DNA from: Nitrososphaeria archaeon
Lineage (GTDB): Archaea; Thermoproteota; Nitrososphaeria; Geothermarchaeales; JDFR-13
Direction of reading: 5' to 3'
Assembly (NCBI GenBank): GCA_027000765.1
Contig: JALTNJ010000208.1
Span: 1-38,995, forward strand
Length of the DNA stretch: 38,995 bases
The position numbers and the translations under genes are program-made. The notes under the pieces were generated by a model. The model made no database searches, was not told where the DNA came from, and worked only from the letters and a program-made list of their open reading frames with translations. Of the stretch, positions 8,524 through 17,070 are shown in pieces. Positions within the stretch are counted from its first letter, which is position 1. Every line of letters starts with the position of its first letter.

Positions 8524-9960
8524 ATGTCGGAGAAAAAAACAGACCAACTCATCAGGGACATAAAGAAATTGGCTATAATGATGTCCAACGCGGCGGAACC
8601 GGTGGCCGTCCTCACACATTACGATGCTGATGGACTTGCCTCTGGAGGAGCAACGGCCAGATTCTTATCTAAAACCGAAAAACTATTTATATTAAGAAGC
8701 ACAGCCTCACTGTCTGAAGATGTTTTAAATGCCTTCTTCAGTATTAGGGCGAAGACTTACGTTATTCAAGATATGGGTAGCGGAGACTTGAAGATGATAT
8801 ATTCAAAGTGGAAAAATACCAATTCAAAATTACTTGTGATCATTGATCACCACAAGATACTTGAAGAGCCTCCTCAAGATAAGAGGGTTGTTATAGTTAA
8901 TCCAGAGTTGTATGGAATTGATGGGGGTAGGATAGGCTGCACCTCGGTATTAGCTAGCCTTATGGGTTACTATGGATTGGGTGAAAGAGACCCCTACTTC
9001 TTAGAAATAGGGGTGATAGGTGCAGCCGGGGACATGCAAATGCAGAATGGAGCTGTGGGAATCAACGAGTATTTACTAAGGCTAGCTGAGGGAAAGGGTA
9101 TTGTAAAGAAGGAAACCGAGTTTGTATTCTTCACTCTTCGTAGACTACCAGTATTTAAGGCTATAGTATGGAATTTGGTGCCTTATGTTCCCGGTTTCTC
9201 AAATAGAGAAGATATAGGTTTAAACATCGTGAGGAAAGCCGGTATTAGAATTAGAAATAGGAGTGGGGAGTACGTTACTGTTGCAGAGCTTACAGAAGAG
9301 GAGAAGACTAGGCTACTCGAGGTAATTATAAAGTATATCGCTAGCCTCGGTATTGATGATCTTAGCTCCAATGACTTTCTAGTAGACGTATTATACCTCC
9401 CACTTGAAGATGATCCATATCTTCAAACTGCAATAGAGTTTTCCAACATGATTAGTAGCTGTGGAAGAATGGATAGGGAAGATGTGGGAATCGCTCTATC
9501 CGCGGGTTCTAGGGGAGAGGTACTAATGGAGGCAAAGAAGATAATTGAGGAGAGGAGGAAGATACTAGGAAAATACTTAGATATGGCAGAAAGGTCTATC
9601 AAGATCTATGATGGGATGCTTGTTATTGTTGATCTAACTGATAAAGATTTCTCTGTAAAATTCTCAGGAACTATATCAACAATATTCTCAAGGTCACTCA
9701 CCTATGGAGATAAGATTATACTAGTTTTGTCTTCTGACGAGGCCGGCGATATTCATCTTTCAAGCAGGGCACCTCGAAAACTAGTTGATAAAGGACTGGA
9801 TTTATCCAAGATCATGAGAAAGATCTCAGAGGAATTAGGTGGAAGAGGAGGGGGTCACAATATCGCAGCAGGAGCTACAATCCCAGTAGAGGATAGTGAT
9901 GAGATAATAGAGAAGATACGGGAGTATATCAAGGAGGAGATTGCTCGAATTGAGGGTTAA
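8524..9960 (+). CDS. DHH/DHHA1 phosphoesterase, RecJ/GAN (Cdc45-like) family
   Basis: All DHH motifs are present: HYDADG (I), IQDMGSG (II), IIDHHK (III), GAAGDMQ (IV), plus DHHA1 GGGHNIAAG. It lies next to rps15, a conserved archaeal pairing. Confidence 0.8.
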   Translation: MSEKKTDQLIRDIKKLAIMMSNAAEPVAVLTHYDADGLASGGATARFLSKTEKLFILRSTASLSEDVLNAFFSIRAKTYVIQDMGSGDLKMIYSKWKNTNSKLLVIIDHHKILEEPPQDKRVVIVNPELYGIDGGRIGCTSVLASLMGYYGLGERDPYFLEIGVIGAAGDMQMQNGAVGINEYLLRLAEGKGIVKKETEFVFFTLRRLPVFKAIVWNLVPYVPGFSNREDIGLNIVRKAGIRIRNRSGEYVTVAELTEEEKTRLLEVIIKYIASLGIDDLSSNDFLVDVLYLPLEDDPYLQTAIEFSNMISSCGRMDREDVGIALSAGSRGEVLMEAKKIIEERRKILGKYLDMAERSIKIYDGMLVIVDLTDKDFSVKFSGTISTIFSRSLTYGDKIILVLSSDEAGDIHLSSRAPRKLVDKGLDLSKIMRKISEELGGRGGGHNIAAGATIPVEDSDEIIEKIREYIKEEIARIEG

Positions 9961-10204
9961 AGTAAAGGCGAAGATACTTATTAGAGAAATACCTAGTAAG
10001 CGAGATGCAGAGAGCATAGTTAAGTCCCTAGCTCCGGATAATGTTGGGATAGAGGAAACTACGAAGATTATAATAGAGGAGAAAGATAACGGCATCTCCA
10101 TCATTATAGAAGCGGATTGTAAGTTAGGTTCGTTTATACATACCATGGATGATCTACTAAGATGCCTGGCAACATCATTGAGGACAATCCTAGAAAACCC
10201 TTAG
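9941..10204 (+). CDS. pcc1: KEOPS subunit Pcc1 (CTAG/Pcc1 family)
   Basis: About 85 aa, with a two-segment pattern typical of Pcc1: AESIVKSLAPDN ... ISIIIEADCKLGSFIHTMDDLLRCL. There is no in-frame ATG near the 5' end, so a TTG start is needed (9941, or 9950 with AAGGAGGAGA just upstream). It overlaps the recJ-like stop. Confidence 0.65.
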   Translation: MLELRVKVKAKILIREIPSKRDAESIVKSLAPDNVGIEETTKIIIEEKDNGISIIIEADCKLGSFIHTMDDLLRCLATSLRTILENP

Positions 10205-10308
10205 TGTAGAGGGATACTACTATATTTTTATATATAGTGTAAAATGAACATCTTTATATACCAGAGTTGGAAAATGAGATTAAAAAGAGGGGATTGGTGA
10301 AGTAGAAA

Positions 10309-10947
10309 ATGGTAAAGAGAAGGTACAGAAGAGCTACAAGGGGAAAGAAAAAGTATTATTATACAGTTAAGAGCCCGGAGATATTAGGTGGAGTATTACT
10401 TAATGATGTGATAACAACAGATCCGAAGTATCTCATCGGGAGGACATATGAAACATTATTAGCCGATTTGACAGGTGATCTGAAACATCAGTTTATTAAA
10501 GTCCGTTTTAAGATAGTTGATTTAGATGGAGAGATAGCGAAAACCATCTATATAGGCCACGAATATTTCAGGGAATATGAGAAATCGCTTATTATGAGAG
10601 GAACGACATATGTAGAAGCGATTCGAGATGTAAAAACCAAGGATGGATATAAGTATAGAGTTAGAGTCGGAGTTTATACGACCAAAAGAATAAATAATTC
10701 TAGAAAGAAGGCTATTAGAAGGCTTGTCTTCCAGCTCCTTGATAAATGGGCTGCTAGAAGTGATAATGAGACATTCATCAAGGATATGCTTTTCGGCAAG
10801 ATAGATGAAGAGATTAAGAAGCTAGCTAGGAAGGTATACCCTATTAGAGAAGGAACTGGCGTAATGAAGGTAAAGCTTGTGGAGATCCCGAAGAAAGAAG
10901 ATAAGGAAGAAGAGACTGGGGAAGAAGTTATTGAGATGAAACAATAG
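10309..10947 (+). CDS. rps3ae: 30S ribosomal protein S3Ae (eS1)
   Basis: KKKYYYTVKSPEILGG start and a length of 212 aa typical of S3Ae. The C-terminal tail is acidic. Confidence 0.9.
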   Translation: MVKRRYRRATRGKKKYYYTVKSPEILGGVLLNDVITTDPKYLIGRTYETLLADLTGDLKHQFIKVRFKIVDLDGEIAKTIYIGHEYFREYEKSLIMRGTTYVEAIRDVKTKDGYKYRVRVGVYTTKRINNSRKKAIRRLVFQLLDKWAARSDNETFIKDMLFGKIDEEIKKLARKVYPIREGTGVMKVKLVEIPKKEDKEEETGEEVIEMKQ

Positions 10948-12124
10948 ATACTACATCCCCGTTTTTAAGCACGTAGTCTCCTTTCAAACGGAGTTTTTTC
11001 CTAACATCAAGGCCATATAAGAAACTTTTACCTACATCCGTGTGAATTATATAAGCGAAATCCTTTAATGTAGTACCTTTAGGTACTAGATAAGCATCTG
11101 GCAAGATATTCCCATCTTTATCACTAAGTCTATTTGGATCTCTTACTGGATACACTACAATATATTCTAAGACATCGAAAACAACGTGATTAATGAGAGA
11201 CTGGACACCAGTACCGCCATATTTCTCGAATATAAGCTGGTTTATTTTATCAAGAGCTTTATAGCGCTTCTCATCCAAAGCATCACGTCTAATTATCTCG
11301 AAACTAGGGTCTCCAGGTAGATAACGAATTATATCTTGAGACGCAAGCTTCTTCAACACGAGTTCAGATACTGCACTGATTGGAATAACATCATATCCAG
11401 CCTCCCTAATTCGTTTTATATTTTCCTCTGCATATGGAAAATCAATTTTATTAGCTGCTATAACCATGGGCTTCCCCATATCAAGTAATAGTTCAGTGAA
11501 TCTTTTGATACATTCATCGTTCCATTTAGGTAGATGACCGCATTCAGATTCCACCGTTTTATATGCTTCTGATATGACACTACGACTAAACTTTAATCCA
11601 GATAATTTCTCCTCTAATGCCTCAACAGGATCCCTCCTGAGGAGAGAGACAGACTTATAGACTGCATCCCAATGTTTTTTTACAATGGATAACACCCATT
11701 GAATTAGCTCCCGCCTGAGAAAAATTATGTCTTCCAGGGGATCATGTGTGCCGGGAGATACAGGTCTTCCCTCGATATCAGTTGATCCTGAGGCATCAAT
11801 AACATGGATTAATGCATCTGCCATGCTAATTTTGTTTAGAAAACGGTTTCCAAGCCCCCTACCTTTCCATGCATCTGGGACAAGACCAGCAGTATCGATT
11901 ATTTTTACGGGTATGAATCGTATACCATCGATACATATGGAATTCTTAGGATTGTCCTCAACACCAAACTCTCTACATACACAGTTTATCCGTACATGCC
12001 CTATACCAACGTGAGAGTCGATAGTTGTAAATGGATAATTAGCTATCGGGACATCAACCATGGTTAATGCCGAAAATAATGTTGATTTACCGACATTAGG
12101 TTTTCCAACGATGCCTATCTCCAT
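10928..12124 (-). CDS. Obg/YchF-family GTPase with C-terminal TGS domain
   Basis: G1 GKPNVGKST, G3 DTAG, G4 NKID, and a C-terminal TGS-like GDYVLKNGDVVSIVS. Its 3' end overlaps rps3ae convergently by 20 nt. Confidence 0.85.
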   Translation of the reverse strand: MEIGIVGKPNVGKSTLFSALTMVDVPIANYPFTTIDSHVGIGHVRINCVCREFGVEDNPKNSICIDGIRFIPVKIIDTAGLVPDAWKGRGLGNRFLNKISMADALIHVIDASGSTDIEGRPVSPGTHDPLEDIIFLRRELIQWVLSIVKKHWDAVYKSVSLLRRDPVEALEEKLSGLKFSRSVISEAYKTVESECGHLPKWNDECIKRFTELLLDMGKPMVIAANKIDFPYAEENIKRIREAGYDVIPISAVSELVLKKLASQDIIRYLPGDPSFEIIRRDALDEKRYKALDKINQLIFEKYGGTGVQSLINHVVFDVLEYIVVYPVRDPNRLSDKDGNILPDAYLVPKGTTLKDFAYIIHTDVGKSFLYGLDVRKKLRLKGDYVLKNGDVVSIVSSQ

Positions 12125-12174
12125 ATCTGATTACCTTAATTAACTATATACATTCATAAAATAATTTTATAATA

Positions 12175-13116
12175 ATGTGTTCCCGTGGAGGGCGGCCGGC
12201 AGTGATGGGGCTAATTACAGATAGAGTCCAAAAAATACTTCTAGAGCTCCTTGAGAAGGAGGGAATCAAGTTTGACTATTTACCCGATATAGAAAAGGAT
12301 GATCTAATGAGGATCATTAGAAACTACGATTTTATAATCGTTAGAAGTAGAACGAAGATAAATAGAGAGGTTTTAGATAAAGCGGTGAACCTTAAGGTAA
12401 TCATTAGATATGGTGTAGGCCTAGACAATATAGATGTTAATTATGCCAAGGAAAAAGGGATAAAGGTCTTTAATACTCCAAGGGCTTTTACCGAAGCCGT
12501 TGCTGAATTAACCCTAGCTATGATGCTAGGGTTATTAAGAGGGGTTGGAGAAGCGCATTACAGTATGAAGATGGGGAAATGGGAGAAAAAGAAGTTTTTT
12601 GGTCCTGAGTTGATGGATAAGACCGTGGCAATCTTGGGATTCGGTAGGATTGGTAGGAGGGTAGCTGATCTCCTAATGCCATTTAACGTGAAGATAATTG
12701 CATATGACATAGCCAATATACCGGAGGAGTACATCGAGAGGGGGGTTATAGCTGCGAAGAGTATTGGAGAAGCTATTGTCAATGCAGATATTATCACCTT
12801 ACATATGCCATTAACCAAGGATACCTATAACCTAATAAACATGGATTTGATAAAGAAGATGAAGAGAAAGCCATTTATAATTAACACAGCTAGGGGAGCC
12901 ATCGTCAATATCGAAGATGTTAAAAAGGCTATTAAAGAGGGTATTATAAGAGGAATTGCACTAGATGTGTATCCCGAGGAACCGCCTAATGATGAGGAGC
13001 TGAGGAGGCTGCCGAATGTCCTGATGACGCCTCATATAGGTGCACAGACGTACGAGGCATACGAAAGAGCAGCATATGAAGTGATAAGCATACTAAAAGA
13101 TGAACTTATGAGTTAG
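12175..13116 (+). CDS. D-isomer-specific 2-hydroxyacid dehydrogenase (phosphoglycerate dehydrogenase / glyoxylate reductase family)
   Basis: NAD Rossmann GFGRIGRRVA, NTARGAIV, and the catalytic His region PHIGAQT. The true start is possibly the ATG at 12205, with GGAGGG upstream. Confidence 0.85.
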   Translation: MCSRGGRPAVMGLITDRVQKILLELLEKEGIKFDYLPDIEKDDLMRIIRNYDFIIVRSRTKINREVLDKAVNLKVIIRYGVGLDNIDVNYAKEKGIKVFNTPRAFTEAVAELTLAMMLGLLRGVGEAHYSMKMGKWEKKKFFGPELMDKTVAILGFGRIGRRVADLLMPFNVKIIAYDIANIPEEYIERGVIAAKSIGEAIVNADIITLHMPLTKDTYNLINMDLIKKMKRKPFIINTARGAIVNIEDVKKAIKEGIIRGIALDVYPEEPPNDEELRRLPNVLMTPHIGAQTYEAYERAAYEVISILKDELMS

Positions 13117-13226
13117 AAACAGCATCCTACATGCCATTAGACTGAAATCTTTATATAAACTTTAGCTTAAAACTTTATATGCTAAATGAATAGTAATATA
13201 ATGAAACCGGAATAGGTGCATATAAT

Positions 13227-13670
13227 ATGAGTATGTACAAATATATCGCGGAGACATGGAAGAAACTAAGGACGTCTCCAGAGTTCAAGAGATACATGAC
13301 TCTAAAAAGAATGGAGTGGAGACGGGGTAAAACAGTACAGAGGATTGAGAGGCCGACTAGGCCAGATAGGGCACATGCATTGGGGTATAAGGCTAAGCAG
13401 GGATATATTGTTGTGAGGGTACGTGTATCTAAGGGTGGACTGAGTAAGATACCGCCGACCTTAGGAAGAAGACAGAAAAGAACTGGTATATCAAAGATAA
13501 AGAGGCAGAAGTCTATGCAGACTATTGCGGAAGAGAGGGCTAAGAGGAAATATAGGAATATGAGGGTTCTAGGGTCCTATTACCTTGGTGAAGACGGCAG
13601 ATACAGATGGTACGAAGTTATACTCAGAGACGATCATCATCCTGCTGTGAAATCTAGTAAACGAAATTAA
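13227..13670 (+). CDS. rpl15e: 50S ribosomal protein L15e
   Basis: MYKYIAETWKK start, GYKAKQGYIVVRVRV, and a strongly basic composition. Length is 147 aa. Confidence 0.92.
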   Translation: MSMYKYIAETWKKLRTSPEFKRYMTLKRMEWRRGKTVQRIERPTRPDRAHALGYKAKQGYIVVRVRVSKGGLSKIPPTLGRRQKRTGISKIKRQKSMQTIAEERAKRKYRNMRVLGSYYLGEDGRYRWYEVILRDDHHPAVKSSKRN

Positions 13671-13671
13671 A

Positions 13672-14832
13672 TTAGAAACCTTGTGTACTTGGTTCAGACG
13701 GTTTTACAAGTTCTCTAATTAATATAGTCGCATACATCCCCCTTTCTAAACCAAAGACAAGCCGTATATCCCCATCCTCCTTATAGTAACTTAGTTGAAA
13801 AACGTTTAACGATGCACGTCTAAATCCTCCGTAGATACGTAGATCCCCATATTCTCTTAGGTAGAAATCACGGAGAACAATACCCTCTTCTTTCATTAAT
13901 TCCATGTAGTATCTGTCCATTACACGCTCATTTTTCAGGCGATGCATATAACCCAATATAGGAATAAGAGGGGGATGAGGGGATTCATCATTTCTACATA
14001 TCTCGATACCGTGGTTAGACATGTAATAATCGCCAGGGACACAACGGTCTATTGGAAGACCATCCATTATCCTTTTGCTTAATACGATATTAAATAGATA
14101 GGACTGGTAGGCGTTAACCAGAAACCGTATATGATGCTTTGGAAATCTAGAAATGTGTTTAAATGCACTTTCTTCAGAGTATATGTTGGTTCCTGGAAAA
14201 ACCTTTTTAACAGCATCCACGAAGTCTTGGGCAATAGGCTTTGCTGTATCTGGGTATTCGCATCTCCCTCTAGTTAAAATTAGTTTTCCTAGAATATGAT
14301 TTAGCCTGTGGACACCAAATCTTTGATAACCAAAGAAGTTGGGTAGTCTAGATGGAGGGTATTCTTGAAAAAAATTTTCTATAAAATGATTATCCTTTAG
14401 GTTCCATAGCCGTATATCAAATTTGTTTCCGTATAGAATAGACCTAGTGATATGCCCTGGAGAAGTATAACCTACAACTGAAAAATCGATTGCCATTCTA
14501 GACAAAGCTTGCTCTAATTTACCTACTATGGATTTATGTACAAATAAATGTTGAACCGCTGTTGAAAACTTGTCCTTCAGACCTAGAAAGAAGATCTTTT
14601 TTCTAGAGACTCCAAGAGAAGATAACTTCTCGATGAGAAGAGAAGTATCCACTCCATATGGTTTTTTAATCTTCATCAATACATAGGTCTTTGTCGTGGC
14701 ATCCTCATTTATAAGAGAAAGATAATTTTCATCTAGGATTTCCTCGACGATAAAGTCCCCCTCAACGCGTTTTAAGTATACATTAGGGATCGGTCTAGAT
14801 CTAGATACATATACATGTAGTCCTATAACCAT
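13672..14832 (-). CDS. truD: tRNA pseudouridine synthase TruD/Pus7 family
   Basis: GLKDKFSTAVQH matches the TruD catalytic GxKDxxAxTxQ motif, and NYFGYQRFG is also present. Length is 386 aa. Confidence 0.8.
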   Translation of the reverse strand: MVIGLHVYVSRSRPIPNVYLKRVEGDFIVEEILDENYLSLINEDATTKTYVLMKIKKPYGVDTSLLIEKLSSLGVSRKKIFFLGLKDKFSTAVQHLFVHKSIVGKLEQALSRMAIDFSVVGYTSPGHITRSILYGNKFDIRLWNLKDNHFIENFFQEYPPSRLPNFFGYQRFGVHRLNHILGKLILTRGRCEYPDTAKPIAQDFVDAVKKVFPGTNIYSEESAFKHISRFPKHHIRFLVNAYQSYLFNIVLSKRIMDGLPIDRCVPGDYYMSNHGIEICRNDESPHPPLIPILGYMHRLKNERVMDRYYMELMKEEGIVLRDFYLREYGDLRIYGGFRRASLNVFQLSYYKEDGDIRLVFGLERGMYATILIRELVKPSEPSTQGF

Positions 14833-14849
14833 ATCTTCAAATGGAGGGG

Positions 14850-15218
14850 TTATAGAAGCTTTAATTCCCCTGTCACCTCATCTATGATGTGTTTGGGAGC
14901 AGGGCCTATACCTATACATGTTACGGTCCCAGGTGGAAGCTCAGTGAGCCCCGCATCTTGAATAACAGCCGTAATTAAGCCTAATTCATCCGCCTTATCC
15001 CTAACTTCATATAACTCTTTTAGCCCACTTACCTTTACAACTACCTTAGGCTGTTTATTATTCAACCATTCCTTTGCATACTCCGGTTTCTCTATAAGCG
15101 TTTTATAAAAACTAGATACGGATGCATGAGCTACTTGGACCGCTAGTTTTCCCTTACTCATCTTAAGATCGCTTCTAACCACTATTACCTGTTTATAATC
15201 ATACTTGAAGAGAGACAT
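14850..15218 (-). CDS. pth2: Peptidyl-tRNA hydrolase, archaeal type (Pth2)
   Basis: KQVIVVRSDLKMSKGKLAVQVAHASV and TVTCIGIGPAP motifs. Length is 122 aa. Confidence 0.88.
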   Translation of the reverse strand: MSLFKYDYKQVIVVRSDLKMSKGKLAVQVAHASVSSFYKTLIEKPEYAKEWLNNKQPKVVVKVSGLKELYEVRDKADELGLITAVIQDAGLTELPPGTVTCIGIGPAPKHIIDEVTGELKLL

Positions 15219-15270
15219 CTTAATCCACCTAAACCAAAAATATTTTAATTAAATATTGGGTTAAAAAGTC

Positions 15271-16413
15271 ATGAGGAGAGGAGAGCTAATGGCAGGGGAC
15301 GTTGTTATTATAGGTGGGGGGCCAGTCGGATTACTAACGGGGATTAAATTACTGGAAAAAGGATTTGAAGTAGAGATATATGAGGAGGATAAACAAGTGG
15401 GATATCCTCAGCATTGTACAGGAATAGTTAGTTTTAAAACTCTAGAGCTTTATCCAATAGAGGGACAGGATCTAATTATCAATAAGTTGCGTGGAGTAAG
15501 GTTGAGGATATCCGATAAGTTTTTAGAGGAATATGTTGCCTCTACTCCCAAGGCAATAGTTATAGACAGGATATTGCTCGAGAAGAGATTGTATTGGAAG
15601 TACATCGATATGGGTGGAGAGATCTACTTGGATAAGAGGATGGATCCCAAGATATTAGCAGGTGATATTAAAAAGAAAAATGGAGTGGTTATCAATGCAG
15701 GGGGAGCAAAGGAACTCATTAAAAGTGGTTATAAGGATGTATTAACCGGGTTTCAGGTGGATATTGAATCTGTTGATAAGTGGATTAAAGATGATGTTAC
15801 CGAGATATATGTAGATAAGGAATTAAATTCAGAGTATTTCTGTTGGATAACTCCCTTGTCAAATAATCATATGAGGATAGGCACGGCCTCATCCGAAAGG
15901 ATAAGGGACATTGTATATCAAATTGGTGAAAACCTAGGTATACCAATGAATAAGGTTGTTAGAGAGTTCGGAGGAATTGTTATTGCAGGTGGGCCTCGGA
16001 AAAAATTCATGGATAAAAATATTGTGTATGTAGGGGATTCGGCTGGAATGAATAAAATTACCACTGGCGGAGGGCTTAACTATGGAGGTAATGGAGCCAT
16101 AATCTTGACAGACATGCTATATAATGAAGAGCTTACAAATTACAGGAGCAGATGGATAGAGAAATTTAAACGTGAGCTGCAGATCCAAGGCATCCTAAGA
16201 GATCTATTCCTAACGATGGATGAAGATGAGATTGTAGAGGTCATGACCATACTTAGTAAAACTGAGATATTTAATGCGCTTCTTGCAACAGGAGACATGG
16301 ATTATCATGCTAGTGACTTGCATAAACTATTATTTGAAAGGGATCTGATGAGGATAGTCCTTGGAAAGGGTAGGTTTAGGAGGATACTAAGGAAACTATT
16401 TACAAAAATTTAA
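15271..16413 (+). CDS. FAD-dependent oxidoreductase, geranylgeranyl reductase family
   Basis: N-terminal dinucleotide fold DVVIIGGGPVGLLTGIKLLEKGFEVEIYEE and a later GDSAG motif. The likely start is the Met at 15289. Confidence 0.7.
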   Translation: MRRGELMAGDVVIIGGGPVGLLTGIKLLEKGFEVEIYEEDKQVGYPQHCTGIVSFKTLELYPIEGQDLIINKLRGVRLRISDKFLEEYVASTPKAIVIDRILLEKRLYWKYIDMGGEIYLDKRMDPKILAGDIKKKNGVVINAGGAKELIKSGYKDVLTGFQVDIESVDKWIKDDVTEIYVDKELNSEYFCWITPLSNNHMRIGTASSERIRDIVYQIGENLGIPMNKVVREFGGIVIAGGPRKKFMDKNIVYVGDSAGMNKITTGGGLNYGGNGAIILTDMLYNEELTNYRSRWIEKFKRELQIQGILRDLFLTMDEDEIVEVMTILSKTEIFNALLATGDMDYHASDLHKLLFERDLMRIVLGKGRFRRILRKLFTKI

Positions 16414-16454
16414 TAAGGTATTAAGACATAAGCCTCATATTAAGGTGTGCAGAA

Positions 16455-16637
16455 GTGTCAGGAGAACTATATAAGCCCCCAATATGCATATCATGTGGGA
16501 AAGTGATAACAGCATTCGAAAAATCAACTAAGTTTTACTGCCCAAACTGTGGCGAGACTCTAATATGGCGATGTGAGAAATGTAGGAGGTTTGCACGTCC
16601 ATATACGTGTCCTAAATGTGGGTTTACTGGACCATAG
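16455..16637 (+). CDS. Zn-ribbon protein (COG2888-like, translation-associated)
   Basis: 60 aa with four CxxC pairs: CISC, CPNC, CEKC, CPKC. It has a GTG start with AAGGTG upstream and lies immediately upstream of aEF-1beta, a conserved archaeal pairing. Confidence 0.65.
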   Translation: MSGELYKPPICISCGKVITAFEKSTKFYCPNCGETLIWRCEKCRRFARPYTCPKCGFTGP

Positions 16638-16925
16638 GTGGTGAAGAAAATGGCGAAAATTAGGATAATTTATAAGATAATGCCTTCAGATGTTGAGAAG
16701 GAGACTCTAGAGAAGATACTTGAGAACATTGAGAAGATGGGTAAGGAAATGGGCTTCAAGTTAAATGATCATAGGATTGAGCCTGTGGCTTTTGGTTTAA
16801 ACGCGCTTAAAGTCCTATTGACGATAGAAGAGAAATCCGACGACCTATTGGATAGGATAGAGAAGAGACTAAATGAAATGGAGGAGATCAGTAGTATCGA
16901 AGTCATGGGTATGACGAGGGATTAG
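16638..16925 (+). CDS. ef1b: Elongation factor 1-beta (aEF-1beta)
   Basis: IIYKIMPSDVE ... IEPVAFGLNALKV is typical of aEF-1beta. Length is about 90 aa. The ATG at 16650 is an alternative start. Confidence 0.88.
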   Translation: MVKKMAKIRIIYKIMPSDVEKETLEKILENIEKMGKEMGFKLNDHRIEPVAFGLNALKVLLTIEEKSDDLLDRIEKRLNEMEEISSIEVMGMTRD

Positions 16926-16931
16926 TTTTTT
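16926..16931 (+). terminator. T6 run immediately after the aEF-1beta stop codon (archaeal oligo-T terminator candidate)
   Basis: TAG followed directly by TTTTTT. Archaeal RNAP terminates at oligo-T tracts. Confidence 0.3.
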
Positions 16932-17050
16932 AGAAACATGTAATTTATGGTACATTATATTTATTATCAGAATACGTTTACTACTATTACAGATTGTATA
17001 AGTTCAGTTTAGTCATCAATTATTTTTGATGATGAATTGATTTAATATTA

Positions 17051-17070
17051 TTGGGAGAAAGAGAAATGGC
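17051..17070 (+). repeat. Left arm of a perfect 20-bp inverted repeat bracketing cdc48 (TTGGGAGAAAGAGAAATGGC)
   Basis: Read directly from the sequence. It contains the cdc48 ATG (17066-17068). Its exact reverse complement lies at 19236-19255. Confidence 0.95.

Noticed and set aside
12178-12207. Locally GC-rich patch (GTTCCCGTGGAGGGCGGCCGGCAGTGATGG, containing CGGCCG) at the 5' end of the 2-hydroxyacid dehydrogenase ORF, in an otherwise AT-rich genome.
   Set aside because: It is most simply explained as a 5' leader carrying a GGAGGG ribosome-binding site for the ATG at 12205. There is no extended stem or repeat to support a structured RNA element.
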